Source: Thermoproteota archaeon (GTDB lineage: Archaea > Thermoproteota > Methanomethylicia > Methanomethylicales > Methanomethylicaceae). From it: a stretch of DNA of 64,000 bases. Of the stretch, positions 56,868 through 64,000 are shown piece after piece. Under the pieces are notes generated by a model. That model saw nothing but the letters and a program-made list of their open reading frames with translations. It was not told the DNA's origin and made no database searches. The translations under genes were made by a program, and so were the position numbers. Positions within the stretch are counted from its first letter, which is position 1. The number at the start of each line of letters is the position of its first letter. The stretch is taken from NCBI GenBank assembly GCA_030055575.1, contig JASFYL010000002.1, forward strand, positions 1,780-65,779, in the 5' to 3' direction.

Positions 56868-57698
56868 ATGGCATTGTTAGATTGGGCAAAGAAAGCAGAC
56901 TTTGACATGATCTTCAAGAGGTACAACGTCATCATCGAAGGTCCTGCGATCAAGCCAGAGGACGACCCGGATGTAAAGAAGGTCCTACCGACCGCCGAGC
57001 CGTTCAAGTCACTGGCGATGGCAGTGATCTTTGGTGACTCGGAAAAGGCAGTGCAGGCTGCGAAATCAGCTCTCGACAGGGGTACTGCTCCGCTAGACGT
57101 GATCGAGAAGGGTCTCGCAAAGGGCATGGATGCGGTCAGCGCGCTCTACGCGAAGGGTGCATACTTCCTGCCTGACATCATGCTCTCCGCCGACGCCATG
57201 ACTGCGGCAATGCAGGTTGCAGAGCAGAAGCTTGGCAGGGCGAGGGAGAAGAAGGGCACAGTCGTCTCGTTCGTCGCCGAGGGTGACCCGCACGACATCG
57301 GCAAGAACCTTGTCGTGATGTTCCTCAAGGCGAACGGCTTCGAGGCGATAGACCTGGGCAGGGATGTCCCGAACAGCCAAGTGGTCGACGCGGTAAAGAA
57401 GTACAAGCCAGTAATGCTGACTGGTACTGCGCTGATGACCACGACGATGACCGCGTTCCCCAAGGTCGCAGAGATGCTGAAGGAGCAGGGTCTCTCAGTC
57501 CCAGTATTCGGATGCGGTGGTGGTGCAGTCAAGAGGGACTTCGTTGAGTCCTATGATATGGGAGTCTACGGAGTCAAGGCATTCCACGCTCCGAAACTCG
57601 CAGAAGCTGCGCTTGCCGGCAAGAGCTTCAAGGATATCCGCAAGGAATATCCGAAGATCGTCGGGGAATTCGTTGCAGAGTATGCAGACAGGATGTAA
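56868..57698 (+). CDS. mtaC: Methanol-specific corrinoid protein
   Basis: B12-binding DxHxxG motif (GDPHDIGKN) and an N-terminal helical cap domain. ATG 56868 is preceded by GAGGTG. Immediately downstream of mtaB. Confidence 0.9.
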   Translation: MALLDWAKKADFDMIFKRYNVIIEGPAIKPEDDPDVKKVLPTAEPFKSLAMAVIFGDSEKAVQAAKSALDRGTAPLDVIEKGLAKGMDAVSALYAKGAYFLPDIMLSADAMTAAMQVAEQKLGRAREKKGTVVSFVAEGDPHDIGKNLVVMFLKANGFEAIDLGRDVPNSQVVDAVKKYKPVMLTGTALMTTTMTAFPKVAEMLKEQGLSVPVFGCGGGAVKRDFVESYDMGVYGVKAFHAPKLAEAALAGKSFKDIRKEYPKIVGEFVAEYADRM

Positions 57699-57721
57699 AC
57701 AACATCCCATTTTTTATTTTT
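57691..57721 (+). terminator. Hairpin plus oligo-T tract downstream of mtaC
   Basis: GGATGT-AAACA-ACATCC hairpin spanning the stop codon, followed by TTTTTTATTTTT. Confidence 0.5.
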
Positions 57722-57847
57722 ATCTTATAGTTCCCTATCTGCCAATTGTTTGTTTTTTGTAAAAATAAGTCTATTGCAAGCACGATTTTGTTTTACATTC
57801 TGTAATCATTTAGGTATGTTACAGGGGAAAAAGTATGAAAAGAAGAT

Positions 57848-59488
57848 CTAAATAGCTTTACCCTTAAGTAGCTCGGAGAATTTGAATGCCTGGTTGGGGC
57901 AGACTTGCTGGCACCTCAGGCATGCCATTCCGTTGCAGAGCTCGGACTTTATAACTATCCTGAATTTGTCGCCTACAGGCTCCACAGTTATCGCTTTCTC
58001 CGGGCACTCCGCCATGCAGTTCCCGCACCCCGTGCACTCATCGAAATCGCCAACCAGAGTCACACCTATTTCCCTTAGAACTTTCAGACCCTTCTTGCCC
58101 AACTCAGGGATGTCCCTCATGAAGATCCTCTTTATCTCGACGCTGGAGGATCTTTTTGGCAACGGCTCGAACCCGTATCTCCGCAAGTACTCGTTGTATA
58201 TCGTGATCGGCATCCCTTCTTCCCAGTATGAGAGCTCGAGCGTATACACCTTTTCGAATACCTTTGAGGTGGCCAGCATTATGTGCTTCCCCCTGATGCT
58301 GTCAGCCATCGACTGCAGCTTGTCAAGCATCTCAGGATTCAAGACGATATCCTTTGCCATACCCAGCGAAGTGTTGCCGATCTGCATCACCCTCCTAGAG
58401 CAGGCAGGTATCTGTCCGACATCCATCGACTTGTTCGCGTCTACGTAGAAGCCTGAGGCTCCAGCCATGTAGGAGGTGTCAATGTCCATCATGCTTATAC
58501 CAGCCTCCTCGCAAAGCGATATGTGCCCCGCGCGGAAAGCCCCGATTGCCTTGCCTGCCTCAACGAGATCCCTCCTGGTGAAGTAGATTCCGTCCTGCAG
58601 GTAAAGCTTCCTGTCTTGCGTAGCTATATTCGGCAGCTTGATCAGACCCGTGTTCATCCCGACGGCAAGGACTGCGATCACGCCGGTGCCGGTGATTCCG
58701 AGCGCCTTACCGCTCATAGGACCATTATCGACCACCTCGCCCGAGTGTGGAAGTATCAGATCGCCCTTGTCAGCGAGCAGCTGTTCGTTTAGGACGGTGG
58801 TCCTCCAGCCGTTGGACTCTTGGTTCACATCGCAGATAGCTCCTGGCGAAGCCAGCATCCCCTTCTCGATCCTCTGACCCTCTATCGCAGGGCCCGCGGC
58901 AGCTGAGCAGGTATAGACCTCGCCGTCGATCACCAAAGCGATCTCCGCATTCGTTCCAAAGTCCGTCACGAGGGAGATGCCCCGCTTCTCGAGTACCCCT
59001 GATTTGACAAGCATCGCAAGAGCATCGGCTCCGATCTCGTGCTTCACGCCAGGCGGCACGTATACGTCCGCCTCCGGATTGACTTCAAGACCCACGGAAC
59101 CGGCCTTGATCACGCATGCGTTCCTCTCCGGCGGGGTGATGTTGAAGTCATGCATGGCGTGCTCTCCCCAGTATGCAAGATCCCGGACCTCAATATTTTG
59201 GAAGAGTGAAAGTTGCGTTGGGTTGCCGTCGACCGCAACTCTCTCGACCTTGGAGAGGTCTATTTCAAGCAGCCTAAGCAGAGAGTTTATCGTGTCGATT
59301 ATGAGCTTATGGGCGACCTCCTCGCCGACTTCCACCGCGAAGTGGAGATGGTCTATCACGTTTGCCCCGGGGAGGGGGTGTCTCAGGGTGATTGCGGTCC
59401 CCACGACTTCCTTTGTGTCTAGATCCAGCGCCTGAACCCTAATCCCGCTCGTACCAATGTCTATTGCGAGTCCGTACAAGGAATTCAA
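57848..59488 (-). CDS. ramA: Corrinoid protein reductive activase (RamA-like: ASKHA ATPase fold plus C-terminal 2x[4Fe-4S])
   Basis: N-terminus YGLAIDIGTSGIR (actin-like ATPase phosphate-1). C-terminal CTGCGNCMAECP and CLRCQQVCP. TTG start is uncertain by a few codons. Confidence 0.85.
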   Translation of the reverse strand: MNSLYGLAIDIGTSGIRVQALDLDTKEVVGTAITLRHPLPGANVIDHLHFAVEVGEEVAHKLIIDTINSLLRLLEIDLSKVERVAVDGNPTQLSLFQNIEVRDLAYWGEHAMHDFNITPPERNACVIKAGSVGLEVNPEADVYVPPGVKHEIGADALAMLVKSGVLEKRGISLVTDFGTNAEIALVIDGEVYTCSAAAGPAIEGQRIEKGMLASPGAICDVNQESNGWRTTVLNEQLLADKGDLILPHSGEVVDNGPMSGKALGITGTGVIAVLAVGMNTGLIKLPNIATQDRKLYLQDGIYFTRRDLVEAGKAIGAFRAGHISLCEEAGISMMDIDTSYMAGASGFYVDANKSMDVGQIPACSRRVMQIGNTSLGMAKDIVLNPEMLDKLQSMADSIRGKHIMLATSKVFEKVYTLELSYWEEGMPITIYNEYLRRYGFEPLPKRSSSVEIKRIFMRDIPELGKKGLKVLREIGVTLVGDFDECTGCGNCMAECPEKAITVEPVGDKFRIVIKSELCNGMACLRCQQVCPNQAFKFSELLKGKAI

Positions 59489-59569
59489 TCTCCATTCAGG
59501 ATTTTTATATCTACGATCTTAATGAATAGATATAAATGTATGTCATAAGTACTCTTTATCGTAAAAACT

Positions 59570-60166
59570 ATGTCGTCTTTTGAGCTGATCGTCGCGGATC
59601 TGATGGAGAGGATTGTAAACATAAAGGGCATGATAGACGCCACCCTCCTTCCGACGGAGCTGAAGAGGGAGATAATGGCATCAGAGATGTGTGAGGAGTC
59701 TAATTCGCAGGGCTTCTTCCTGAAGTACAATGCGGGTGTGAGGGAGGCGCTGAAGAGGGACAACCTGCTCGCTGTCCTCACAGACGAGAACTACACGTAT
59801 CCGCCGGAGCCTGTGGAGCTGATATACCTAGGGGACACCGTTGGAATGGAGATCAGGGACAAATCACTCCTGGATGTGTACAAGAGCGACAAGAACGCCA
59901 TGCTACTTGGAGACAGCTTCGTCATCTTCAAGGACAGATTGCCCCCGAACAGCATCAGGAAAGCCATGTCCGGAGAGATCAAGGTCTTCATACCCCCAAT
60001 GAGCGTGGGGATAGAGGCGGTCGACGGGGTCCACGGTCTCGTTCTCGCTATGCCCTCAACCGCCACGAATGAACTCCTCAAGGATTGGCTGAGGGAGAGA
60101 GGCTTCGATGTCTCAAACAAGAACCTGGGGGTAGTCCTTATAGGGTTCAACATTCACAAAGTATAA
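59570..60166 (+). CDS. Hypothetical protein (198 aa) in the methyltransferase island
   Basis: ATG start about 35 nt downstream of a TATA-like ATAGATATAAAT. 7 nt upstream of the next gene. No recognisable motif. Confidence 0.55.
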   Translation: MSSFELIVADLMERIVNIKGMIDATLLPTELKREIMASEMCEESNSQGFFLKYNAGVREALKRDNLLAVLTDENYTYPPEPVELIYLGDTVGMEIRDKSLLDVYKSDKNAMLLGDSFVIFKDRLPPNSIRKAMSGEIKVFIPPMSVGIEAVDGVHGLVLAMPSTATNELLKDWLRERGFDVSNKNLGVVLIGFNIHKV

Positions 60167-60173
60167 TTTGTGA

Positions 60174-61187
60174 ATGCATATGGGAATAGTTGAGGATGCT
60201 TTGTGCCTCAAAGAGACAAACAGGATCGCCGTGGCGCCTGTCATAACCGCGAGGAGAGAGCTCTTCGAAGAACTAGCAAGGGCTAACGAGAGCCGACTGA
60301 AACGGTTTGATGGATTTCTGCTGCACCCGGCGGTCTTCGACTCCGGATGGGTCTACCTGCCATCAAAGCCCTCGCTGCAGGAGCCCGTCCAAGTTATGAA
60401 GAATCTAGACGACTACGAGGAGCTGAGCGCGCTGGGTCCAGTGGAGTATGCACTGAAGGTACACAAAGAAAGAGACTTCATACAGGACCTGAAAGACAGG
60501 CTAAAGAGCGCCCCTGGGGTGGTCGCAAACTTCGTTGACGAGACCGCCAGCTGGGGCGTGGCAAACTACTGCGGCGCAATGGGCATCACCCCGATAGGAT
60601 TCATCTCATACTACAGAGGGTTCAACGACACGATGAAGGACATGGCGAGGGATCAGAGAGCCGTATTGAATGCGGCTATGGACCTTGCTGTTGAGTACCC
60701 CAAGTTCCTGGTCGAGTTCGCAAAGTCTTGCAAGGTCCCGAGGGTTTGGGTATCCTTCGCAAACGCGACCCCGGCGATGGTAGGTGACTACTACTTCGAA
60801 AGGATAGTGTGGCCTTCGGCGAAAACCATGATAGAGAGGATAATAAAGGAGGGGGCGATGCCAATAATACAGTTCGACGAGGAGGTAAAGAACCTGAAAT
60901 TCCTCGCCCAGCTCCCCCCCAAGGCGTTCGCGGTGCACGTCTCAGGAGATTCTGACCCCATAAGGGATGCTCAGTCGCTCTCCGGTCACGCGGCGGTGTT
61001 GGGTAACTTTAAGGTGCCAGCCGATCAGCCTGAGCAGGAAAGGATCAGGGCAGTAAAGGAGAAGCTCAGCATCAACAAGGTCAAGAACCTGATCGTGAGC
61101 ACCGAAGGCGGGAGCCCGTTCATAATGACGGAGCATAACCTGGAAAAAGTAGGCGTATTCGAACCGTTCTTCTCGGGCGCTCAGTGA
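60174..61187 (+). CDS. Uroporphyrinogen decarboxylase (URO-D/MtaA) family paralog lacking the zinc-ligand motif
   Basis: By-eye alignment to the in-window MtaA covers the N-terminal ..NRIAVAPV.., the central helices and C-terminal blocks. The MtaA HICG position reads QFDEE, and the APACGIAP position reads STEGGSPF. Confidence 0.6.
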   Translation: MHMGIVEDALCLKETNRIAVAPVITARRELFEELARANESRLKRFDGFLLHPAVFDSGWVYLPSKPSLQEPVQVMKNLDDYEELSALGPVEYALKVHKERDFIQDLKDRLKSAPGVVANFVDETASWGVANYCGAMGITPIGFISYYRGFNDTMKDMARDQRAVLNAAMDLAVEYPKFLVEFAKSCKVPRVWVSFANATPAMVGDYYFERIVWPSAKTMIERIIKEGAMPIIQFDEEVKNLKFLAQLPPKAFAVHVSGDSDPIRDAQSLSGHAAVLGNFKVPADQPEQERIRAVKEKLSINKVKNLIVSTEGGSPFIMTEHNLEKVGVFEPFFSGAQ

Positions 61188-62230
61188 TGGTGGTGGAGCT
61201 CGGCCACAGACATCCCATACCTGCCCGAGATCTCCTTTATCTTTTCCTCGAGGAACTCTCCCATTTTTTTGGAGTCTACATTCCTAACTGCCATGAATAA
61301 GGAAAGCTTTACCTCCTTCGATGCAGAAGGGAGGTCTCCGGAGAGTTCAACCCCAATTGAGGGATCAACTAGGCTAGCCTTGAACCCTCCTCCGTTGGTC
61401 TCAGCGTAAGCCTTGATGTGACCGACGAGCTTCCCTGCATCCTCGACGCACCTCTTGCCGACTTCTCCCAAGATCTCGGCAACTATCGACCTTACTTCGC
61501 TTGGGGGCACGGGGACCTCGGACTTCAGGATCCCTGAGAAGTCGGCTTTTCCTACCTCGGAAGCGACTACAGAATCCTCCCCCTCGCCAACGGGAGTGTC
61601 CAGCTCGATCTTCTCCTGCAGGAGGCACTCGAGGAGGTCCCTGATTCCCTCTCCCGTAACCGACGAGATCCCTATCACCCTGGCCTCTGGGCGCATCTCC
61701 TTAAGCGCTGAGAGTACCAACGGAAGCTCGAACTTCTTGTCGACCTTGTCAACCTTTGTCACGGCAAGGATCTCGGCGTCGCGCGCCTGCTTTGTCAGGA
61801 AGTCCTTGAACTCGGCGAGGAGCAGCTTGAAGCGATATCCATCAACTAGGGCGACCGTAGGGGAGTACTCTAGCCTAGGCACAATGTACGAGGCTTGGAC
61901 GAAGAACCTCTTGACCTGGTTTGGGAGAGCCACCCCCGTCGGCTCTACGAAGATGATGTCCGGATCGAACTCCTCTATGACCCCCTTTATTGTGGAGACG
62001 AGATCGCTGCCCAAGCTGCAGCATATGCATCCGCCAAGGATGCGCTTAGCCTTCAGCCCAGAGCCCTTCACGAATTCGCCATCAACATCAACATCCCCGA
62101 TCTCGTTAACAATTACTGCCGTCTTCTTGCCCGTCCTCTGCGCCTCCATAGCCATCTTTATGATGGAGCTCGTCTTGCCGCTGCCCAAGAAACCAGAGAT
62201 CTGGATCAATCTCGCCATTAGAATCGCCAT
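61181..62230 (-). CDS. CobW/COG0523-family G3E P-loop GTPase (putative metallochaperone) with C-terminal His4
   Basis: GFLGSGKT P-loop, GCICCS (CxCC) metal motif, TKVDK (NKxD-like), C-terminus ELHHHH. Only the C-terminal 349 codons of the 750-aa ORF are accepted. Confidence 0.8.
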   Translation of the reverse strand: MAILMARLIQISGFLGSGKTSSIIKMAMEAQRTGKKTAVIVNEIGDVDVDGEFVKGSGLKAKRILGGCICCSLGSDLVSTIKGVIEEFDPDIIFVEPTGVALPNQVKRFFVQASYIVPRLEYSPTVALVDGYRFKLLLAEFKDFLTKQARDAEILAVTKVDKVDKKFELPLVLSALKEMRPEARVIGISSVTGEGIRDLLECLLQEKIELDTPVGEGEDSVVASEVGKADFSGILKSEVPVPPSEVRSIVAEILGEVGKRCVEDAGKLVGHIKAYAETNGGGFKASLVDPSIGVELSGDLPSASKEVKLSLFMAVRNVDSKKMGEFLEEKIKEISGRYGMSVAELHHHH

Positions 62231-62315
62231 TTTTATAAATGGACCGACAGTATTATAAGTTATTCCAAAAGACCATGGTTTAGCGAACTGGGAACAAATA
62301 GGAAAGGGGAAAATT

Positions 62316-63437
62316 ATGAACGCGAAAGAAAGAGTCTTGAATGCACTTTCAAACGAGCCTGTCGACAAGACGCCGGTAACCTGTTTCACGCAGGTCGGCA
62401 CGGTCGAAGCAATGGAGAAGACTGGAGCCAAGTGGCCTGAGGCACACACAGACCCGAGCAAGATGGTAGCTCTGGGCACCTCGCTGTACAAGCTTGTGGG
62501 TCTTGAGGCGGCGAGGATACCGTTCTGCTTGACCGTCGAGGCGGAGGCAATGGGCTGCAAGGTCGACATGGGAACGGTCAACAGGCAGCCTTCTATCAGG
62601 GCGCCTGCATTCGAGTCCCCCTCTCTGGTTAACATCGACATGGGATTCCTAGACAAGGGGAGGGTGCCAGTCGTCCTTGAGGCGATCCGTCTGCTTAAGA
62701 AGGAGAACATAGACGCCCCACTGATCGTAGGAATCACAGGACCATTTACACTGAGCGGGCACCTAATCGAGACAGAGAGGCTAGTAAAGTTGATGAAAAC
62801 TAAGCCCGAGGAAGTGGAGAGCGTTGTCGACAAGGTGACGGACGCAAGCATAGCATATGTTGAGAGGATAGTTGAGGCAGGGGCAGATGCGATTACGGTT
62901 AACGAGCCCTCTGCTGCGCCGGAGCTGATCGACCCGTTATCATTCAAGTCTACGATCAAGCCGAGATTGCAGTACTTAGCCAACAACATAAAGATCAAGA
63001 AAGTCCTGCACATCTGCGGTGCCTCGCTGCCGATCGTAGGAGACATGGCCGAGTGCGGCTTCGACGGCATCAGTATTGAGGACAAAGTCGACCTCATCAA
63101 GGCGAGAGAAGTCTTGAAGGGCGGCGCTGGACCTAGAGCCGGCGGTGGAATGAGGATGGGTGGTGGATTCGGTGGTGGATTCGGTGGTGGATTCGGTGGT
63201 GGATTCGGTGGTGCAAGACCGGGCGCTACTGGAACTGCGAAGACCGTAAAGATCGTCGGCAATGTCTCCACTGCCAAGACGCTCTTCACCGGAAAGCCCG
63301 AGGAGGTCAAGGCGGAGGCGCTCGCAGCGCTGAAAAACGGGACGGACCTGCTCGCCCCTGCATGCGGCATAGCGCCAGGCAGCCCCCTTGCAAACATCCG
63401 CGCTATGGTGGAAGCAAGGGACGAGTACTGCAAGTAA
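62316..63437 (+). CDS. mtaA: Methylcobamide:coenzyme M methyltransferase (MT2) with Gly/Phe-rich insertion
   Basis: Appears collinear, from memory, with Methanosarcina MtaA. Zn ligands are present (VLHICGAS, APACGIAP). The C-terminus ends EARDEY. ATG is preceded by AAAGGGGA. Confidence 0.9.
   Translation: MNAKERVLNALSNEPVDKTPVTCFTQVGTVEAMEKTGAKWPEAHTDPSKMVALGTSLYKLVGLEAARIPFCLTVEAEAMGCKVDMGTVNRQPSIRAPAFESPSLVNIDMGFLDKGRVPVVLEAIRLLKKENIDAPLIVGITGPFTLSGHLIETERLVKLMKTKPEEVESVVDKVTDASIAYVERIVEAGADAITVNEPSAAPELIDPLSFKSTIKPRLQYLANNIKIKKVLHICGASLPIVGDMAECGFDGISIEDKVDLIKAREVLKGGAGPRAGGGMRMGGGFGGGFGGGFGGGFGGARPGATGTAKTVKIVGNVSTAKTLFTGKPEEVKAEALAALKNGTDLLAPACGIAPGSPLANIRAMVEARDEYCK
63159..63214 (+). 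repeat. Perfect tandem repeat, 12-nt unit GGTGGTGGATTC x4 plus a partial fifth copy, inside mtaA
   Basis: Read directly: units at 63159-63170, 63171-63182, 63183-63194 and 63195-63206, then GGTGGTGC. Encodes GGGFGGGFGGGFGGGFGG. Confidence 0.95.
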
Positions 63438-63470
63438 AAAATTTTTCTTTTCTTTTTTGAGGTTTTTCAT
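63438..63470 (+). terminator. Oligo-T rich terminator region downstream of mtaA
   Basis: AAAAATTTTTCTTTTCTTTTTTGAGGTTTTT directly after the TAA stop. Archaeal terminators are T-tracts. Confidence 0.45.
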
Positions 63471-63569
63471 AATAATTTTTCATTTCATGGTCATTTTTCA
63501 ATTATTGGGCAGGCTTTATGTACAATGATCTATGACAACTCCCACATGGCATTATTTCAAATGATTTTT

Positions 63570-63584
63570 ATACATTTGTACACA
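63570..63584. promoter_or_regulatory. 15-mer ATACATTTGTACACA (copy 2), candidate operator upstream of the last gene
   Basis: Exact reverse complement of 55298-55312. About 75 nt upstream of ATG 63657. Confidence 0.4.
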
Positions 63585-63656
63585 TTTAGCTACAAAGTAC
63601 CTAATTGTAAAAATAAATCTTAAATAAGTTAAATAAATACTAAGCTTGGGGATAAT

Positions 63657-64000
63657 ATGTCCTTCGTGATCTACGCAGCATTGGGCCTTCTAGGACTGTG
63701 CACTGGACTGGCAATACTCATCTTCTGCAACTTCGGCATGATAAAACCAAAAGAAGGGGCGCTCTTGGGCAACGGACAGGCAGCATGGTTCATCTGGGTC
63801 GCAGGTGTGGCTGAGCTCTTAGCCAGCTACTACTTCATGATCCATGCGGACTACCTGGATGCCGCGACATTCGGTGGCTTCGGTCTCTTCTGGATGGCGC
63901 TAGGCACAATGATCTACTGGAACGGTGATGGCAGGGTCCTCGGTCCGATGGCAGTAGCATATACCATCTTCTCTGTGCCGTTGATGTTCGCCTATGCGAC
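63657..64000 (+). CDS. Partial (5' end only) membrane protein, GPR1/FUN34/YaaH (acetate/succinate channel SatP/AceP-like) family candidate
   Basis: ATG preceded by GGGGATAAT. The translation MSFVIYAALGLLGL...ATFGGFGLFWMALG resembles the family F-x-x-Y/F-G-x-F-W block. The ORF runs off the window end. Confidence 0.45.
   Translation, partial: MSFVIYAALGLLGLCTGLAILIFCNFGMIKPKEGALLGNGQAAWFIWVAGVAELLASYYFMIHADYLDAATFGGFGLFWMALGTMIYWNGDGRVLGPMAVAYTIFSVPLMFAYA

Noticed and set aside
63159-63214. A CRISPR-like or other non-coding repeat array.
   Set aside because: The units are 12 nt long, contiguous and without spacers. They are in frame inside mtaA, so this is a coding tandem repeat and not a CRISPR array. 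No other CRISPR-like array was seen in the window.
61181-63433. A 750-aa minus-strand ORF that would fuse the CobW-like GTPase to a 400-aa N-terminal extension.
   Set aside because: - The upstream 400 codons are exactly antisense to the strongly conserved mtaA.
- They are low-complexity (Ser/Ala/Pro/Leu-rich, including PPNPPPNPPPNPPPN opposite the GGGF repeat).
- The GTPase has a normal N-terminus (MAILMARLIQISGFLGSGKT) with its own start codons at 62230 and 62218.
- The long open frame is a codon-bias artefact.

Overview
The window looks like archaeal, methanogen-type chromosomal DNA, densely coding on both strands, with short AT-rich intergenic regions that carry TATA-like boxes.

Contents in order:
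- A znuABC-like metal ABC importer (62-2667), followed by HAD-IIA and B3/B4-domain genes.
- A ~1.5 kb lower-GC gap holding only gene debris (about 4.35-5.9 kb).
- A PadR regulator with an ABC-2 exporter, then purC.
- A five-gene Opp/Nik-type (peptide/nickel) ABC importer, apparently co-transcribed with a SAM methyltransferase.
- A coenzyme F430 / tetrapyrrole operon (hemA, unknown ORF, cfbA, cfbE, cfbD, cfbC, cfbB) with a divergent sirC-like gene.
- An eight-gene purine operon: purF, a purF paralog lacking the catalytic Cys, purD, purT, purE, purS, purL, purQ.
- Thioredoxin, a PrsW-like protease, two aminotransferases and an ArsB/NhaD permease.
- pstSCAB-phoU with a divergent AbrB-PhoU regulator, then purM.

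The most interesting part is roughly 47.2-63.4 kb.
- It starts with a nine-gene, translationally coupled operon for a formate-hydrogenlyase-like group-4 [NiFe] hydrogenase.
- In that operon, an HdrB-type subunit with two complete CCG motifs and an unknown 117-aa protein lie between the HycB-like polyferredoxin gene and the HycE-like large-subunit gene. No formate dehydrogenase is present in the window.
- Directly adjacent is a methanol methyltransferase island: mtaB, mtaC, ramA, an unknown 198-aa gene, a URO-D paralog without the zinc site, a CobW-type GTPase, and mtaA. The mtaA gene carries an in-frame, perfect 4 x 12-nt repeat encoding GGGF.

I found no rRNA, tRNA, CRISPR array or clear mobile element by eye. 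All family assignments come from motif recognition in the supplied translations. No database search was run.
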